From the NCBI GenBank assembly GCA_016212505.1, contig JACRGB010000010.1, positions 26,758 through 90,757 on the forward strand: a stretch of DNA of 64,000 nucleotides, in the 5' to 3' direction. The notes below the pieces were generated by a model. It made no database searches. It was not told the DNA's origin and saw only the letters and a list, made by a program, of their open reading frames with translations. This DNA is from Candidatus Micrarchaeota archaeon (lineage in GTDB: Archaea; Micrarchaeota; Micrarchaeia; Anstonellales; Bilamarchaeaceae). Positions 32,491-42,642 of this stretch are shown here, in pieces. Position 1 is the stretch's first letter; each line of letters starts with the position of its first letter. A program made the position numbers and the translations under genes.

Positions 32491-33702
32491 ATGGCAGAGA
32501 CAATGTTAGAAAAAAAGGCAGCGGAGACAACAATCAGGCACGAGCAGCAGAATTTGCAGAAGATGTTAGCGGAAAGGAACATACCTGAGAAATTTGGAAA
32601 GGGGGAAATGCGGGATCTTGCAAAAATCTCGGTTGCCGAGGGCGCTCAGACTGCAATGAAAGCGGCAGTAGCGCTAGTTCATTTGAAGCGTGATGGTGAG
32701 GAAGGGATTAAACGCTTCATTCAAAACCAACCAAGTACCCAGGAGCAGAAGAAAATACTAGATGCACTGGCCAAAACCAGTCATGGTGAGGATCTTGAAG
32801 GAGTAAGAGAACAAATTTTAGGCCGCAATACCAAACCATCAGAAGTGATAAGTGGATGGGCCGCGCAGGACCAAACAAGAAACCAGAATGCCACTGCAAT
32901 GTTTACTGCCTTAACCAAAGAAACCCGCGCAGGGAAAATAGAAGGCCAGCAAATCTTCGATAAGATACCCGAAACTCGGCGAGAACCGACTTTGCAGGCA
33001 TATCGGGAACTTGCAGGATCATTACCTTCACTTGTTGAACGAAATGAGGCATTGGCACTAATGGTCGACATAAAGCAGGGTAAATTTAGGATGACAACGG
33101 ATCCTCAAAACCCCCTGGTAGGGGCATCGACCAGCCAGGAACGGGGAAAATTAAATTCCACTGCTATCTTTACTGCGGTTACGGGAAATAACCAGGGCAC
33201 TGCTGAGAAAATTTACAGTGGCCTTAGTCCGGACGATCAAAAATTAGCGATGCAAGAATTTAAGGAATCTCTAAAAAGAATAGAAACGCCGGAGGTAAGA
33301 GTGGCTGCTGCACTTTTTATTAGGGAAGTAACAGCTCCAAAACTAAGTAAAAAAGAAGAAGCAAAACTCGATAACCAAGCGCGTTTGGAAGCAAGCAAAA
33401 TGTTTAAGGCGATTGCAAAGGGCGGAACAGAGGGTTGGAAAGAAGCCCTGGACAAGTTTAAGGGTGAGAAAGGAGTGGATTTGATCGGGGAACGCATTCT
33501 TAAAAAGTTCGATGGGATGGCTCAAAACTTAGAAGGAGAAAAAGCAGCGGATGCGGCATTGTTCCGGATGCGGGCATCACAAGCCATGCATGGCCAGAAA
33601 TTCGAGGGCTGGACTACAACTTTGCAAAAAGCACAAGAAACAGGATATGCCTCAGCAATAGGAGATATAAGAAAAAAAGAAGACGACCAGCGTCTTGACT
33701 GA
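32491..33702 (+). CDS. Hypothetical alpha-helical protein with three internal repeats
   Basis: Repeated ATAMFTAL / STAIFTAV / ASKMFKAI ... EALAL / AAALF / DAALF units. Confidence 0.6.
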   Translation: MAETMLEKKAAETTIRHEQQNLQKMLAERNIPEKFGKGEMRDLAKISVAEGAQTAMKAAVALVHLKRDGEEGIKRFIQNQPSTQEQKKILDALAKTSHGEDLEGVREQILGRNTKPSEVISGWAAQDQTRNQNATAMFTALTKETRAGKIEGQQIFDKIPETRREPTLQAYRELAGSLPSLVERNEALALMVDIKQGKFRMTTDPQNPLVGASTSQERGKLNSTAIFTAVTGNNQGTAEKIYSGLSPDDQKLAMQEFKESLKRIETPEVRVAAALFIREVTAPKLSKKEEAKLDNQARLEASKMFKAIAKGGTEGWKEALDKFKGEKGVDLIGERILKKFDGMAQNLEGEKAADAALFRMRASQAMHGQKFEGWTTTLQKAQETGYASAIGDIRKKEDDQRLD

Positions 33703-33704
33703 TT

Positions 33705-34379
33705 ATGTTCCCCAACCGTTACGATGCCGGAAAACAACTTGCACAGAAGCTAACTAAATTTAGGGATAACGGGGCTGGAAACAAAACAATTGTTTTGGCC
33801 ATCCCCCGCGGCGCACTTCAGATTGGTGAAGTGTTCCATAAAGAACTTGGACTTCCTTTAGATATAATCATAACCAAAAAAATTCCTCATCCAAATAACG
33901 AGGAACTTGCAATTGGTGCTGTCGGCTCAATTGGCGGAAAAAGCGAATTTTATATTGATGAGGAAAGTTCCACCGGAGTGCTGCCGCAGTACATAAATGA
34001 ACAAAAAACCCGTTTAGAAAAGCTAATTAGAGAGCGCTATTTGCTTTATCGTGCCAAGAGAACATTTCCAAAAATAAAAGACAAAATCATAATCCTTGTT
34101 GATGATGGGATTGCCACAGGAAGCACAGTAATTGCTGCAATAAAGTTATTGGAAAAACAAAAACCAAAAAAAATAATTGTTGCAACTCCGATTTGTGGAC
34201 TGCGGGCTGCGATGATAATACGGGATTTAGTTGATGAACTTATAACTCTGGAAGAGCCTGCTGAATTTTATGCAATTGGCCAGTTTTATGAGGATTTCCC
34301 GCAGGTGGAAGATGAGGAAGCGATAGACATTTTGAGAAAATGCAGCAAAAACGGAATAGGAAACCGGAAACCTATTTAA
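33705..34379 (+). CDS. Type I phosphoribosyltransferase-family protein
   Basis: FPNRYDAG, AIPRG, PRPP loop LVDDGIATG, AIGQFYEDF. Confidence 0.9.
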   Translation: MFPNRYDAGKQLAQKLTKFRDNGAGNKTIVLAIPRGALQIGEVFHKELGLPLDIIITKKIPHPNNEELAIGAVGSIGGKSEFYIDEESSTGVLPQYINEQKTRLEKLIRERYLLYRAKRTFPKIKDKIIILVDDGIATGSTVIAAIKLLEKQKPKKIIVATPICGLRAAMIIRDLVDELITLEEPAEFYAIGQFYEDFPQVEDEEAIDILRKCSKNGIGNRKPI

Positions 34380-34381
34380 AT

Positions 34382-34397
34382 GTTCTATATATAGAAC
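34382..34397. promoter_or_regulatory. Perfect 16-bp palindrome between the TATA box and the mntR start; likely DtxR/MntR operator
   Basis: GTTCTATA|TATAGAAC directly after TTTAAA (34375..34380) and just before ATG 34403. Confidence 0.75.
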
Positions 34398-34402
34398 TTT
34401 TA

Positions 34403-34795
34403 ATGAAAAATAAAACCATTGAAGAGTATTGTCGCCTCATCGATAAATTAGATCAGGGAGAAGGAGTCCGATCTGCTTTGATAGCCAATAACTTAAAACT
34501 ATCCAAAAATACGGTTGCGCTTACCCTTCAGAAACTGGCAAATGAGAAATTTATTGAGATGAAACGCTACGGAAAAGTTAGATTAACTGCCAAAGGAAAC
34601 AAAATTGCAAAAAACATGAATTTCAAACACAGGGTCCTTGAAGCATTCTTCTTTAGCAAATTAAAAATGGATAAAATGCAAGTGCATAGAGAAGCTGATG
34701 CAATAGAACACTGGGCAAGTGATGAGATGGTAAACAAACTTTACCGATTTATTGGAAAACCGAAAACAGACCCGCACGGAAAGGAGATAAGATGA
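34403..34795 (+). CDS. DtxR/MntR-family metal-dependent repressor (likely start 34403)
   Basis: EEY, wHTH, LTAKG, KHRVLE, EADAIEH and DPHG motifs. Confidence 0.92.
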   Translation: MKNKTIEEYCRLIDKLDQGEGVRSALIANNLKLSKNTVALTLQKLANEKFIEMKRYGKVRLTAKGNKIAKNMNFKHRVLEAFFFSKLKMDKMQVHREADAIEHWASDEMVNKLYRFIGKPKTDPHGKEIR

Positions 34796-35901
34796 TCGAT
34801 AAGAACTACATCATTGGAATTATTGTCGTACTTTTAATCGGAACGATAATGGTACTTGTTACTGCTCCATCAGAAGAAAAAGAACAAGTAAAAAGTAATG
34901 TGACCTCTCATTTAGGAGTGCAGGGGGAATATCTAACAAATGATTTTGATCCGATAACTTATCTGAAGAGCTGGAATTTCAACAACTTTCCAGATTCTGA
35001 GCGAGCAAAATATTACAAGGAAACAGAACTTGAAAATGGAACGAAGCTAAGGGAATATTGGTTTTATGCACGTGATAGTAAAATAGAGATCGCACCAGGG
35101 GTCTTTTATGATGCCTGGACATATAATGGGCAGGTACCAGCACCGACAATAAGAGCAACTGAAGGGGACAGTATCAGGATACATTTCAAAAACCAAGGAT
35201 CCAAACCACATACTATGCATTTCCATGGATTTCATGAAGCAGCTATGGATGGATCAATGCCGGATCAATTTGTCAATCCTGGCGAAAGTTTTGTTTATGA
35301 GTTTACTGCTGATCCCTATGGGGTTCAGTTATACCATTGTCATTCCACTCCACTAAAGGAGCACATAGCCAAAGGACTTTATGGAATGTATATTGTTGAT
35401 CCAAAAGGCGGGCGCGAGCCTGCTAATGAAATGATCATGCTCATGAACGCTTTTGATACTGATTATGATGGCGAAAATGAAGTTTATGCAGTAAATACAC
35501 GGGCATTCTATTACAATACGCATCCGATAAAAGTAAAAAAAGGGGAATTGGTCCGCATGTATATTGGAAATATGGTTGAAAACGACCCTATTAATTCGAT
35601 ACACACACATGCAAATTTCTTCAATGAATTTAAGACTGGCACTAAAATGCAGCCAGATTCTTTTACAGATATAATAGAGCTGGGCCAGGGAGAACGATCG
35701 ATTCTTGAAATGAGATTCAATAATAGTGGAACGTATATGTTCCATGCACATCAGACTGAATTTTCTGAACTTGGATGGATGGGCATGTTCGATGTTCAGG
35801 ATGCTCCTGAACAGCTTGGGAACGGTAGTTTTCGGGATGTTGAAAAAGCTGGATCTTCAGGCCAAGCCGGAAACACAGATTCAACAGGGATGCAAAAATG
35901 A
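34792..35901 (+). CDS. Membrane-anchored two-domain multicopper oxidase
   Basis: HTMHFHG and YHCH..H in domain 1; SIHTHAN and FHAH in domain 2; N-terminal TM. Confidence 0.9.
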   Translation: MIDKNYIIGIIVVLLIGTIMVLVTAPSEEKEQVKSNVTSHLGVQGEYLTNDFDPITYLKSWNFNNFPDSERAKYYKETELENGTKLREYWFYARDSKIEIAPGVFYDAWTYNGQVPAPTIRATEGDSIRIHFKNQGSKPHTMHFHGFHEAAMDGSMPDQFVNPGESFVYEFTADPYGVQLYHCHSTPLKEHIAKGLYGMYIVDPKGGREPANEMIMLMNAFDTDYDGENEVYAVNTRAFYYNTHPIKVKKGELVRMYIGNMVENDPINSIHTHANFFNEFKTGTKMQPDSFTDIIELGQGERSILEMRFNNSGTYMFHAHQTEFSELGWMGMFDVQDAPEQLGNGSFRDVEKAGSSGQAGNTDSTGMQK

Positions 35902-37064
35902 AACTACACGACTTATTTTATGGAATATTGCCAGTCGTGCTTCTAGCTGGCCTAATTTGGGTATTTCTAGCTTTTGGCCCATTAGGACTTTTAAAAACCG
36001 GATTTCCACCTGTTGAAAGCATTTCTTTCGAAAAATTAACGCTCGGAAAAGATGTAATAATGGTTGAAATAATAAACGATGGACCTGATCCGGTTACAAT
36101 TTCGCAGGTCATTGTCAATGATGCATATAATAAATTTGAAATTAGCCAAAAAACACTAAATCATCTTGAAAAAGCAAGCATAAGAATTGAATATCCATGG
36201 TCAGAAGGACTTCCACTTAAAGTAACGCTTCTTACTGAAGATGGACTACGGTTTGAAAAAGAGATAGCAGTAGCAATAGAAACTCCGGCATTCAATTTTA
36301 CATATGTCACTACTTTTGCACTTCTTGGAATCTACGTTGGCGTTATGCCAGTATTTCTAGGACTTTTATGGCTGCCATTTCTCCGAACTTTAAGTAGAAA
36401 ATGGTATGATTTTTTTCTCTCGTTAACTGTGGGGTTATTGGTTTTCCTTGCAGTGGATGCTTTTGGAGGTGCGCTAGAGCTTTCTGGTGAAGTTGCTATT
36501 GCATTCCAGGGAGTTGCGCTTATTGTAATTGGTTTTTTCCTTTCGCTCTTTACTCTTACTGCAATAAGCGAGAGGGGATCTATAGATGTAACTAAAAAGG
36601 GAGTTGTAGGGCATGCCCTTCGATTGTCATATATGATCGCACTTGGGATTGGAATCCATAACCTTGGAGAAGGCCTTGCAATAGGCAGTGCATATTCTAT
36701 TGGAGAAATTGCACTTGGATCACTTTTAGTTATTGGTTTTATGATGCATAATTTGACTGAAGGGATAGCCATAGTAGCACCTATTGCCAGAGAAAAAGAA
36801 GGTGAAATAAAACACCTAATACAGTTGGGGCTGATTGCTGGAGGCCCAACAATAATTGGTGCATGGGTCGGAGGATTTGCTTTTTCTAATCTCTCAGCAT
36901 TATTCTTCCTTGCAGTAGGAGCAGGTGCCATACTGCACGTAGTAATTGAAATCACAAAGCACATGAAAAAGGAAAGTAGCCAAACAATATTTACATTTAC
37001 AAATATACTCGGTTTTTTCATAGGACTTTTGATAATGTACGTTACGGGATTATTTGTATTTTAA
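35898..37064 (+). CDS. ZIP-family metal transporter with an N-terminal extracellular domain
   Basis: GIHNLGEGLAIG and MHNLTEG motifs; multiple TM helices. Confidence 0.9.
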   Translation: MKLHDLFYGILPVVLLAGLIWVFLAFGPLGLLKTGFPPVESISFEKLTLGKDVIMVEIINDGPDPVTISQVIVNDAYNKFEISQKTLNHLEKASIRIEYPWSEGLPLKVTLLTEDGLRFEKEIAVAIETPAFNFTYVTTFALLGIYVGVMPVFLGLLWLPFLRTLSRKWYDFFLSLTVGLLVFLAVDAFGGALELSGEVAIAFQGVALIVIGFFLSLFTLTAISERGSIDVTKKGVVGHALRLSYMIALGIGIHNLGEGLAIGSAYSIGEIALGSLLVIGFMMHNLTEGIAIVAPIAREKEGEIKHLIQLGLIAGGPTIIGAWVGGFAFSNLSALFFLAVGAGAILHVVIEITKHMKKESSQTIFTFTNILGFFIGLLIMYVTGLFVF

Positions 37065-37075
37065 GAGGCTAAACT

Positions 37076-37453
37076 ATGAGAACTGCAATTGTGACAATTG
37101 TTCTTTTGGCGGTTATGATGGCAATAGGATGTGTGCAACAAGGACCGACAGCGCAACAGGGAAACACTGTTGAGATAACTTCATCGGGTTTTAGTCCTCA
37201 AGTACTAAAAATAAAGGCCGGGGAAAGCGTTACTTTTGTCAATAAAGATACGATGCAGCATTGGCCTGCTTCAGGAAAACACCCGACTCATCAGGATTAT
37301 CCGGAGGAAGGGGGATGTATAGGAAGCAAGTTCGATTCTTGTGGCGGAGTCAAAACTAATGAAAGTTTTTCTTTTACATTTACTAAAAAGGGGACTTGGG
37401 AGTACCATGATCATTTGAATTCTGGACTTAGTGGCACAATAATCGTTGAATAA
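37076..37453 (+). CDS. Cupredoxin-fold lipoprotein lacking the type-1 Cys ligand
   Basis: AIGC lipobox, GFSP..LKIKAGESVTF, GTWEYHDHL...GTIIVE. Confidence 0.82.
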   Translation: MRTAIVTIVLLAVMMAIGCVQQGPTAQQGNTVEITSSGFSPQVLKIKAGESVTFVNKDTMQHWPASGKHPTHQDYPEEGGCIGSKFDSCGGVKTNESFSFTFTKKGTWEYHDHLNSGLSGTIIVE

Positions 37454-37470
37454 TTTGGAAATGATAGATT

Positions 37471-38727
37471 ATGTTAAAACAAATTCCCAAATTAGTTGAT
37501 ATACTCTCAGACCGCAGATTCTGGGCATTTTTTGGAACCGGACTCATAGTCAGCGTAGCATACATGGATCCTGGCAATTGGGGAACTTCGATAAGCGCTG
37601 GTTCAGAATACGGGTATCAATTGCTATGGATAGTGTGGCTCTCAAGCATAATGGCTATGTTATTTCAGTATCTTTCAGGGAAAATTGGCATAGCAGGATA
37701 TTCGGTAGCGGAGATCGTAAGGCTCGAATGGAAAAACAAGGGGTTAGTACTGGTTTATTGGCTGCTTGCTGAAATTGCGATACTTGCAACGGATTTAGCA
37801 GAGTTTTTGGGAATTGTAGTTGCTTTGAACTTACTGTTCGGAATACCCATGCTAATAGGAACGTTCGTAGCCATACTCGATGTTTTACTTTTACTGCTCT
37901 TAATAAGAAAAAGTTTCCGGACACTCGAATACGCGTTCATTCTTTTTGTTTCAGTAATTGGTTTTGGTTATGTTTATGAATTATTTATTACAAAACCGGA
38001 TTTTGGATCGATAGTGATCAGCTCAGTAACTCCTGCGCTTAACCCTCAAACCGCTCTTTTGGCAGTAGGAATAATCGGTGCGACAGTAATGCCACATGCA
38101 CTTTTTGTCCATTCATGGCTGCTGAAGAACAAAATGTCCGAAAATGGTAAAAAGTTTGACAAGCACAAGGCGCTTAGTTACCATAAGGTCGATAATGTAA
38201 TTTCTCTGATCATAGCAGGGCTGATAAATGCAGCAATACTGATCATGGCAGCAGCTGCGTTCTATAATTCTGGGTTTACTGTTGCTACAATTGATGAAGC
38301 ATACCGCACACTTACCCCATTGTTTGGAAGTTTGGCCTCATTAGTTTTTGCTATTGCATTACTTTCTGCAGGTATATCCTCATCAATAACTGGCACCCTT
38401 GCCGGACAAAGCATAATGGAAAGTTTAACTGATTTTAAGTTAAGTCCGACGATACGGAGAATAATAACGAGAGTGATAAACCTAATTCCGTTACTTATCG
38501 CAATTTTGCTTGGCATTGAACCCCTACAGGTGCTTGTCTATAGCCAGGTAGTCTTGAGCCTTCTTATTCCACTTCCGCTTATCCCGCTCATTTATTATTC
38601 GGCAGACAAAAATATCATGGGGGAATTTGTGAATAAGAAAATAACTACAGTTGTTGCTTCTTTGTTTGCGCTGATAATCTTAATTTTCAACGGGTATTTG
38701 CTTTATCAGACGTTTTTTGGAGGTTAA
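37471..38727 (+). CDS. mntH: Nramp/MntH divalent metal transporter
   Basis: AYMDPGN and GATVMPH motifs. Confidence 0.95.
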   Translation: MLKQIPKLVDILSDRRFWAFFGTGLIVSVAYMDPGNWGTSISAGSEYGYQLLWIVWLSSIMAMLFQYLSGKIGIAGYSVAEIVRLEWKNKGLVLVYWLLAEIAILATDLAEFLGIVVALNLLFGIPMLIGTFVAILDVLLLLLLIRKSFRTLEYAFILFVSVIGFGYVYELFITKPDFGSIVISSVTPALNPQTALLAVGIIGATVMPHALFVHSWLLKNKMSENGKKFDKHKALSYHKVDNVISLIIAGLINAAILIMAAAAFYNSGFTVATIDEAYRTLTPLFGSLASLVFAIALLSAGISSSITGTLAGQSIMESLTDFKLSPTIRRIITRVINLIPLLIAILLGIEPLQVLVYSQVVLSLLIPLPLIPLIYYSADKNIMGEFVNKKITTVVASLFALIILIFNGYLLYQTFFGG

Positions 38728-39234
38728 TGGATTCGGTGCAAGTTAAGAGAAATCTAATGCAATCTTCCTTTTTCCCTGGTTTTTTATTCCAATCTTTTAC
38801 GACTTGTTTGTATGCTTGCAATTCTTGAACAAGTGGGGATTGTTCATTTGCCGGAATGTCCGGGCCTTTCAATCTAAATAGAAGTTGGGAGGGAAGAGGA
38901 CAAAAGCGAGTGTTCAGTTTTGAGTTTAGGGTGTAGGGATAACGGCGGCAGGATAACGGAGCAGATTCGTGAATGGTGCATAAGTTATCTTTCCCAAGAA
39001 AAATACACTGGTGAGACTTGAAACCCAAAATACAGGGCCAGTTATCATCAGTCATATCCAACGTAGTATCTGGGTCATAACTCAAAAGGCGGGCCTGATG
39101 AAAAACAACAAATTCTTCTGGTTTTTTGCCGGTTGCTTTGCAAACTCTAGCAACATCAAACGCGGTCACAGTTATTGTGTAGCTTTTGCAGCAATTGGCA
39201 GGGCAAAGTGAGCAGGGATTTGGAAGAATGGACA
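38687..39234 (-). CDS. YkgJ/FliB-like CxxCxxCC cysteine-cluster protein (likely start 39234)
   Basis: CSLCPANCC...CIFL...CTIH..AP.SCRRYP. Confidence 0.85.
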
Positions 39235-39258
39235 TACTAAGTCTCCAAAATACTACAT

Positions 39259-41055
39259 CTAACGATAATCCGGATTCTCGCACTTCAGTTTTGCTATTAA
39301 TTCAGTGACTTCCTGAGGGTCCACTTGCAAACGGTATTTCTGCATTATTGCTGCTTGATTGCACTGCTCTTTCGCAACTAGTTTTTCGAGTTCTATTCCA
39401 GTTATCTTCTGAAGACGGAAAACTTTCAAAACAGTTGATGCTGGACTTCCCTTAGCCATGCCTTTAAGGACATCAGGAATTGCTGCTTTGACAAATGAGC
39501 CTTTTTTGTATTCGCCAAAAAGATCCTTGAGTGTTTTTTCCAAATCATTAAATTCAATTCCATCGCGCCTTAGCGAAACCAATGTATTTTCAAGGGTGGT
39601 TGCGGCCATCATCGGGTCTGCCCCTAACTCAACTAATTTTTCAAAAAGATGAAGGTTGCGGGACCTTAACATTGTTTTGGCAAGGTCGGGATTGAGTAAT
39701 TTTTCGAGTTTGGCTTTTTTATCTTCCAAAGACTCGCCCCTATCGAGCGATTGCAGGAATTCTTGCGTAAGACGAGTGGGGGGAATGTCTGTTTCTGGAT
39801 ATAATCTGGCACGACCAGGGAGCGGCCGCATAAATGTTGATGTCCCATCAGGATTAGCCCGCCTTGTTTCTTCAGGAACATGGTCCATATTCGCACGCTC
39901 GATAACATAGCTGAGAGCTTTTTGCGCTTGCTCGGCAGGAGCAACTACCATGACAAAAGCATCAGCATCGGAGAGATCTAGGATAGATCGCAATTGGGTT
40001 ATCTCAGTTTCAGAAAAAGAATACTTATCCAGATTCTCATCGCTATGAATTAGTCCTTTTACTCCAGCGCGCTTGGCATAATCACTTAGTTCGGTACCAT
40101 ACCGCTTGCCTGGGGCAATTTCCCTCCCGAGGATGCCCTTGTGTAAGGGGAGTTTTTGTGCCAAAACAACTGCACCAGCCTTAAGGCCGTTAATTATGAG
40201 AGGCGAGTTGGCGGAGTGGAGGATTTTTGTGACATCAACAACTTCGGACTTTATAGGAAGTGCTTTGCGCTCCCTTAGTTCAACAAGTATTTTTACAAGC
40301 TCGAGCTGGCGCTTTACTTCAATATCGACAAGCGGGGGGAGCATCTTAAGGTCCTGTGCGCCTTTTATTTCAACCCTCGAGCCACCTTCAGTAGAGACAT
40401 TGACATCCTGCCTTATGGTTCCAAGCCCGCGGGCAACTTTGCCAGTAGCCCTAAGTATCAGGCCGATTTTCTCTGCAACTTCTACCAAATGAGCTCCGTC
40501 TTTTATATCAGGAGAAGTGGAAATCTCAACTAGGGGGATACCGAGCCGGTCGAGCCTATAAACAGCACGATTTTCTGATGAAGAAACGATCCCAGAGCTT
40601 TCCTCTTCGAGCGCAATCATCGGGATATTGATTGTGCCTTTCGAGCTTTCAATATGGCCATTTAAGGCGATAAGGGAAGTTCGCTGGAAACCAGAGGTGT
40701 TGCTGCCATCTATTACCATTTTTCGCATTATCTGGACTTCGTCGACGGGGGTGGCATTAAGCTGCATTGCTATTTGCAAAACAATTTTCAGCGCATCCGA
40801 ATTTAGTGGATGAGGGGGCTCTTCATCGGTTTCGACAAGGCAATTACAGTTGCGATACGCCCAGTATTCAAAAGTTTTTCCTTTTTTAAATTCTGCAATA
40901 CCCGTTCGGTCACTCTCACCCAGTTCGCTTAAAACCGGATGAAGCATTCGTTCGATTTTGATTTCTGGCGACTGGTCTTCAGTTAAAGTAGAAGGGCAGT
41001 TGCAGAATAATTTATCTGAAAGTAAACGACTGTGGATTTCTATTCCTATTTTCAT
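39259..41055 (-). CDS. gatE: Glu-tRNA(Gln) amidotransferase subunit E
   Basis: GIEIH, KLFC, MRKMVIDGSNTSGFQRT, RGLGTIRQDVN and RLYPETD. Confidence 0.96.
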   Translation of the reverse strand: MKIGIEIHSRLLSDKLFCNCPSTLTEDQSPEIKIERMLHPVLSELGESDRTGIAEFKKGKTFEYWAYRNCNCLVETDEEPPHPLNSDALKIVLQIAMQLNATPVDEVQIMRKMVIDGSNTSGFQRTSLIALNGHIESSKGTINIPMIALEEESSGIVSSSENRAVYRLDRLGIPLVEISTSPDIKDGAHLVEVAEKIGLILRATGKVARGLGTIRQDVNVSTEGGSRVEIKGAQDLKMLPPLVDIEVKRQLELVKILVELRERKALPIKSEVVDVTKILHSANSPLIINGLKAGAVVLAQKLPLHKGILGREIAPGKRYGTELSDYAKRAGVKGLIHSDENLDKYSFSETEITQLRSILDLSDADAFVMVVAPAEQAQKALSYVIERANMDHVPEETRRANPDGTSTFMRPLPGRARLYPETDIPPTRLTQEFLQSLDRGESLEDKKAKLEKLLNPDLAKTMLRSRNLHLFEKLVELGADPMMAATTLENTLVSLRRDGIEFNDLEKTLKDLFGEYKKGSFVKAAIPDVLKGMAKGSPASTVLKVFRLQKITGIELEKLVAKEQCNQAAIMQKYRLQVDPQEVTELIAKLKCENPDYR

Positions 41056-41162
41056 AGAAGAGATATTATCTGAAGGCCATTATAAAAGTTATTGCAGCGC
41101 TAAGAAACAGCGCCTATCAAAAAAACATTTGTGTTAAAAAGGGTTGGTTTTAGTATCATTTT

Positions 41163-42500
41163 ATGGCAACGTTTACCCAACACCGAACGCCTTATGATAG
41201 TGCACAAAAAAGCCCTTACCGAGCACGATTAGCACACTTGGCCAAACCCTTAGGTGAGGAGACACAAAAACGCATACAGGTAGCAAAACACGGAGTTAGT
41301 GGCTATGGTGCTTTATATGCCAATTCCTTGGTAGTTGATTTACCCCGCTTGCTTGAATCGATAGATAGAGGTACTGCAATAATGGAAGAGTTGGGCCTGC
41401 CAGAAGGAACAGCTAGAGACCGAACAGGCTTTACGACACTAAAGGAATTTTATTATGATAAAGGAGTTTGTTTGGATTTTGACCAAGATAATGAGCCATT
41501 TGTTGGAGCCATTGTAAGAAGGCAGCACATGAGAGAAGTAGAAGTGATGACTGTTGTGGCAGATAGTCCAACTAGGACAACAACTATATATTCTCCAGAG
41601 GTTAAAGAAGGAGAGGCATCAATAGATGCACGAATACTTATCAATGCAGTCCAAGCATTAGAATCAGCAGCATATAAAATAAACCTCTATAGGCATCTGC
41701 AACTAGAACCTGAAATATCCTGCTTATTTCATAGAGCCGAGGAAGTTAGTTTTGGGGAAGTTGAACGCAGATTAAAGCCTATGACACTGGGAACGGAAAT
41801 TAAAAGGACTGAATTCATAAGAGCTCTCATATCCCTAGGCGCAATGGCAGGAAATCTGGATTCGGTAGCAAACGCTTTCGTAAGATTCTGGAAAATCCAG
41901 TTTGGAGTACGGATGGTGAAAGAAACCTATCATCCGAATGAAGTGGAACATACCATTAGGCTCGCCAACCGAAATCTTGGTGGAAGTGTAGTGGCAGGGT
42001 TAATGTTTCATGCAGAAGTAGAGCGATTAAAAAGAAGCGGGTTTATAGATCCGGAAAAAGGATTTGGTGAGAGCTCGGAAATATTCCAAAACTTGGAGCT
42101 TGTCAGCTGGCTGGCAGATATGGCTTATGGCGATCCTTATGACAGAGTGAGGGCAGCCCAGGACAATGAGGCTTCAGGAAGAATAACATTGCAACTAATA
42201 GAATTCAATAGCTGGATGCAGGCCATATGGAGAGAGATTGTCAGAGTACGGACAAATGATCTGTTTGAACCTCGCTTAATGTTGGTTCAAACAAAAGCAG
42301 GAAGAATAAGAGAGGCTGCAAAATACCACTTAAATCGATGGTTTGTCGAAAATGCGGGCCAAAATATGAAAGAGGTTCATCCAGGACTCGGAAAAATACT
42401 TGAAGAAGCAGGTCAAGCTACTTACATAGATCGGGAAGCAATCGCTCTAGCGGCAAGTGTCTGGAGAGAAAGATATGTCCATCCAGACTTATATAGATAA
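41163..42500 (+). CDS. Hypothetical orphan protein
   Basis: 445-aa ORF divergent from gatE, followed by a T-rich terminator-like tract. Confidence 0.6.
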   Translation: MATFTQHRTPYDSAQKSPYRARLAHLAKPLGEETQKRIQVAKHGVSGYGALYANSLVVDLPRLLESIDRGTAIMEELGLPEGTARDRTGFTTLKEFYYDKGVCLDFDQDNEPFVGAIVRRQHMREVEVMTVVADSPTRTTTIYSPEVKEGEASIDARILINAVQALESAAYKINLYRHLQLEPEISCLFHRAEEVSFGEVERRLKPMTLGTEIKRTEFIRALISLGAMAGNLDSVANAFVRFWKIQFGVRMVKETYHPNEVEHTIRLANRNLGGSVVAGLMFHAEVERLKRSGFIDPEKGFGESSEIFQNLELVSWLADMAYGDPYDRVRAAQDNEASGRITLQLIEFNSWMQAIWREIVRVRTNDLFEPRLMLVQTKAGRIREAAKYHLNRWFVENAGQNMKEVHPGLGKILEEAGQATYIDREAIALAASVWRERYVHPDLYR

Positions 42501-42642
42501 TTTTGTTATTTCGCTTTAGGGTTTTTGTTGTTTTCTTAAATTAATTTTATTTTAGAGTTAAGTTTTTTTTGATTATTGCTAATTTTCGTTTGAAAGCAAG
42601 GTTTTAATTTACCTTAATATCATAATTTAATCGGGTGATAAT

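Noticed and set aside
34792..35901. Copper nitrite reductase NirK
   Set aside because: HxH motifs in both domains indicate a trinuclear-cluster two-domain oxidase, and the metal-transport context fits that better
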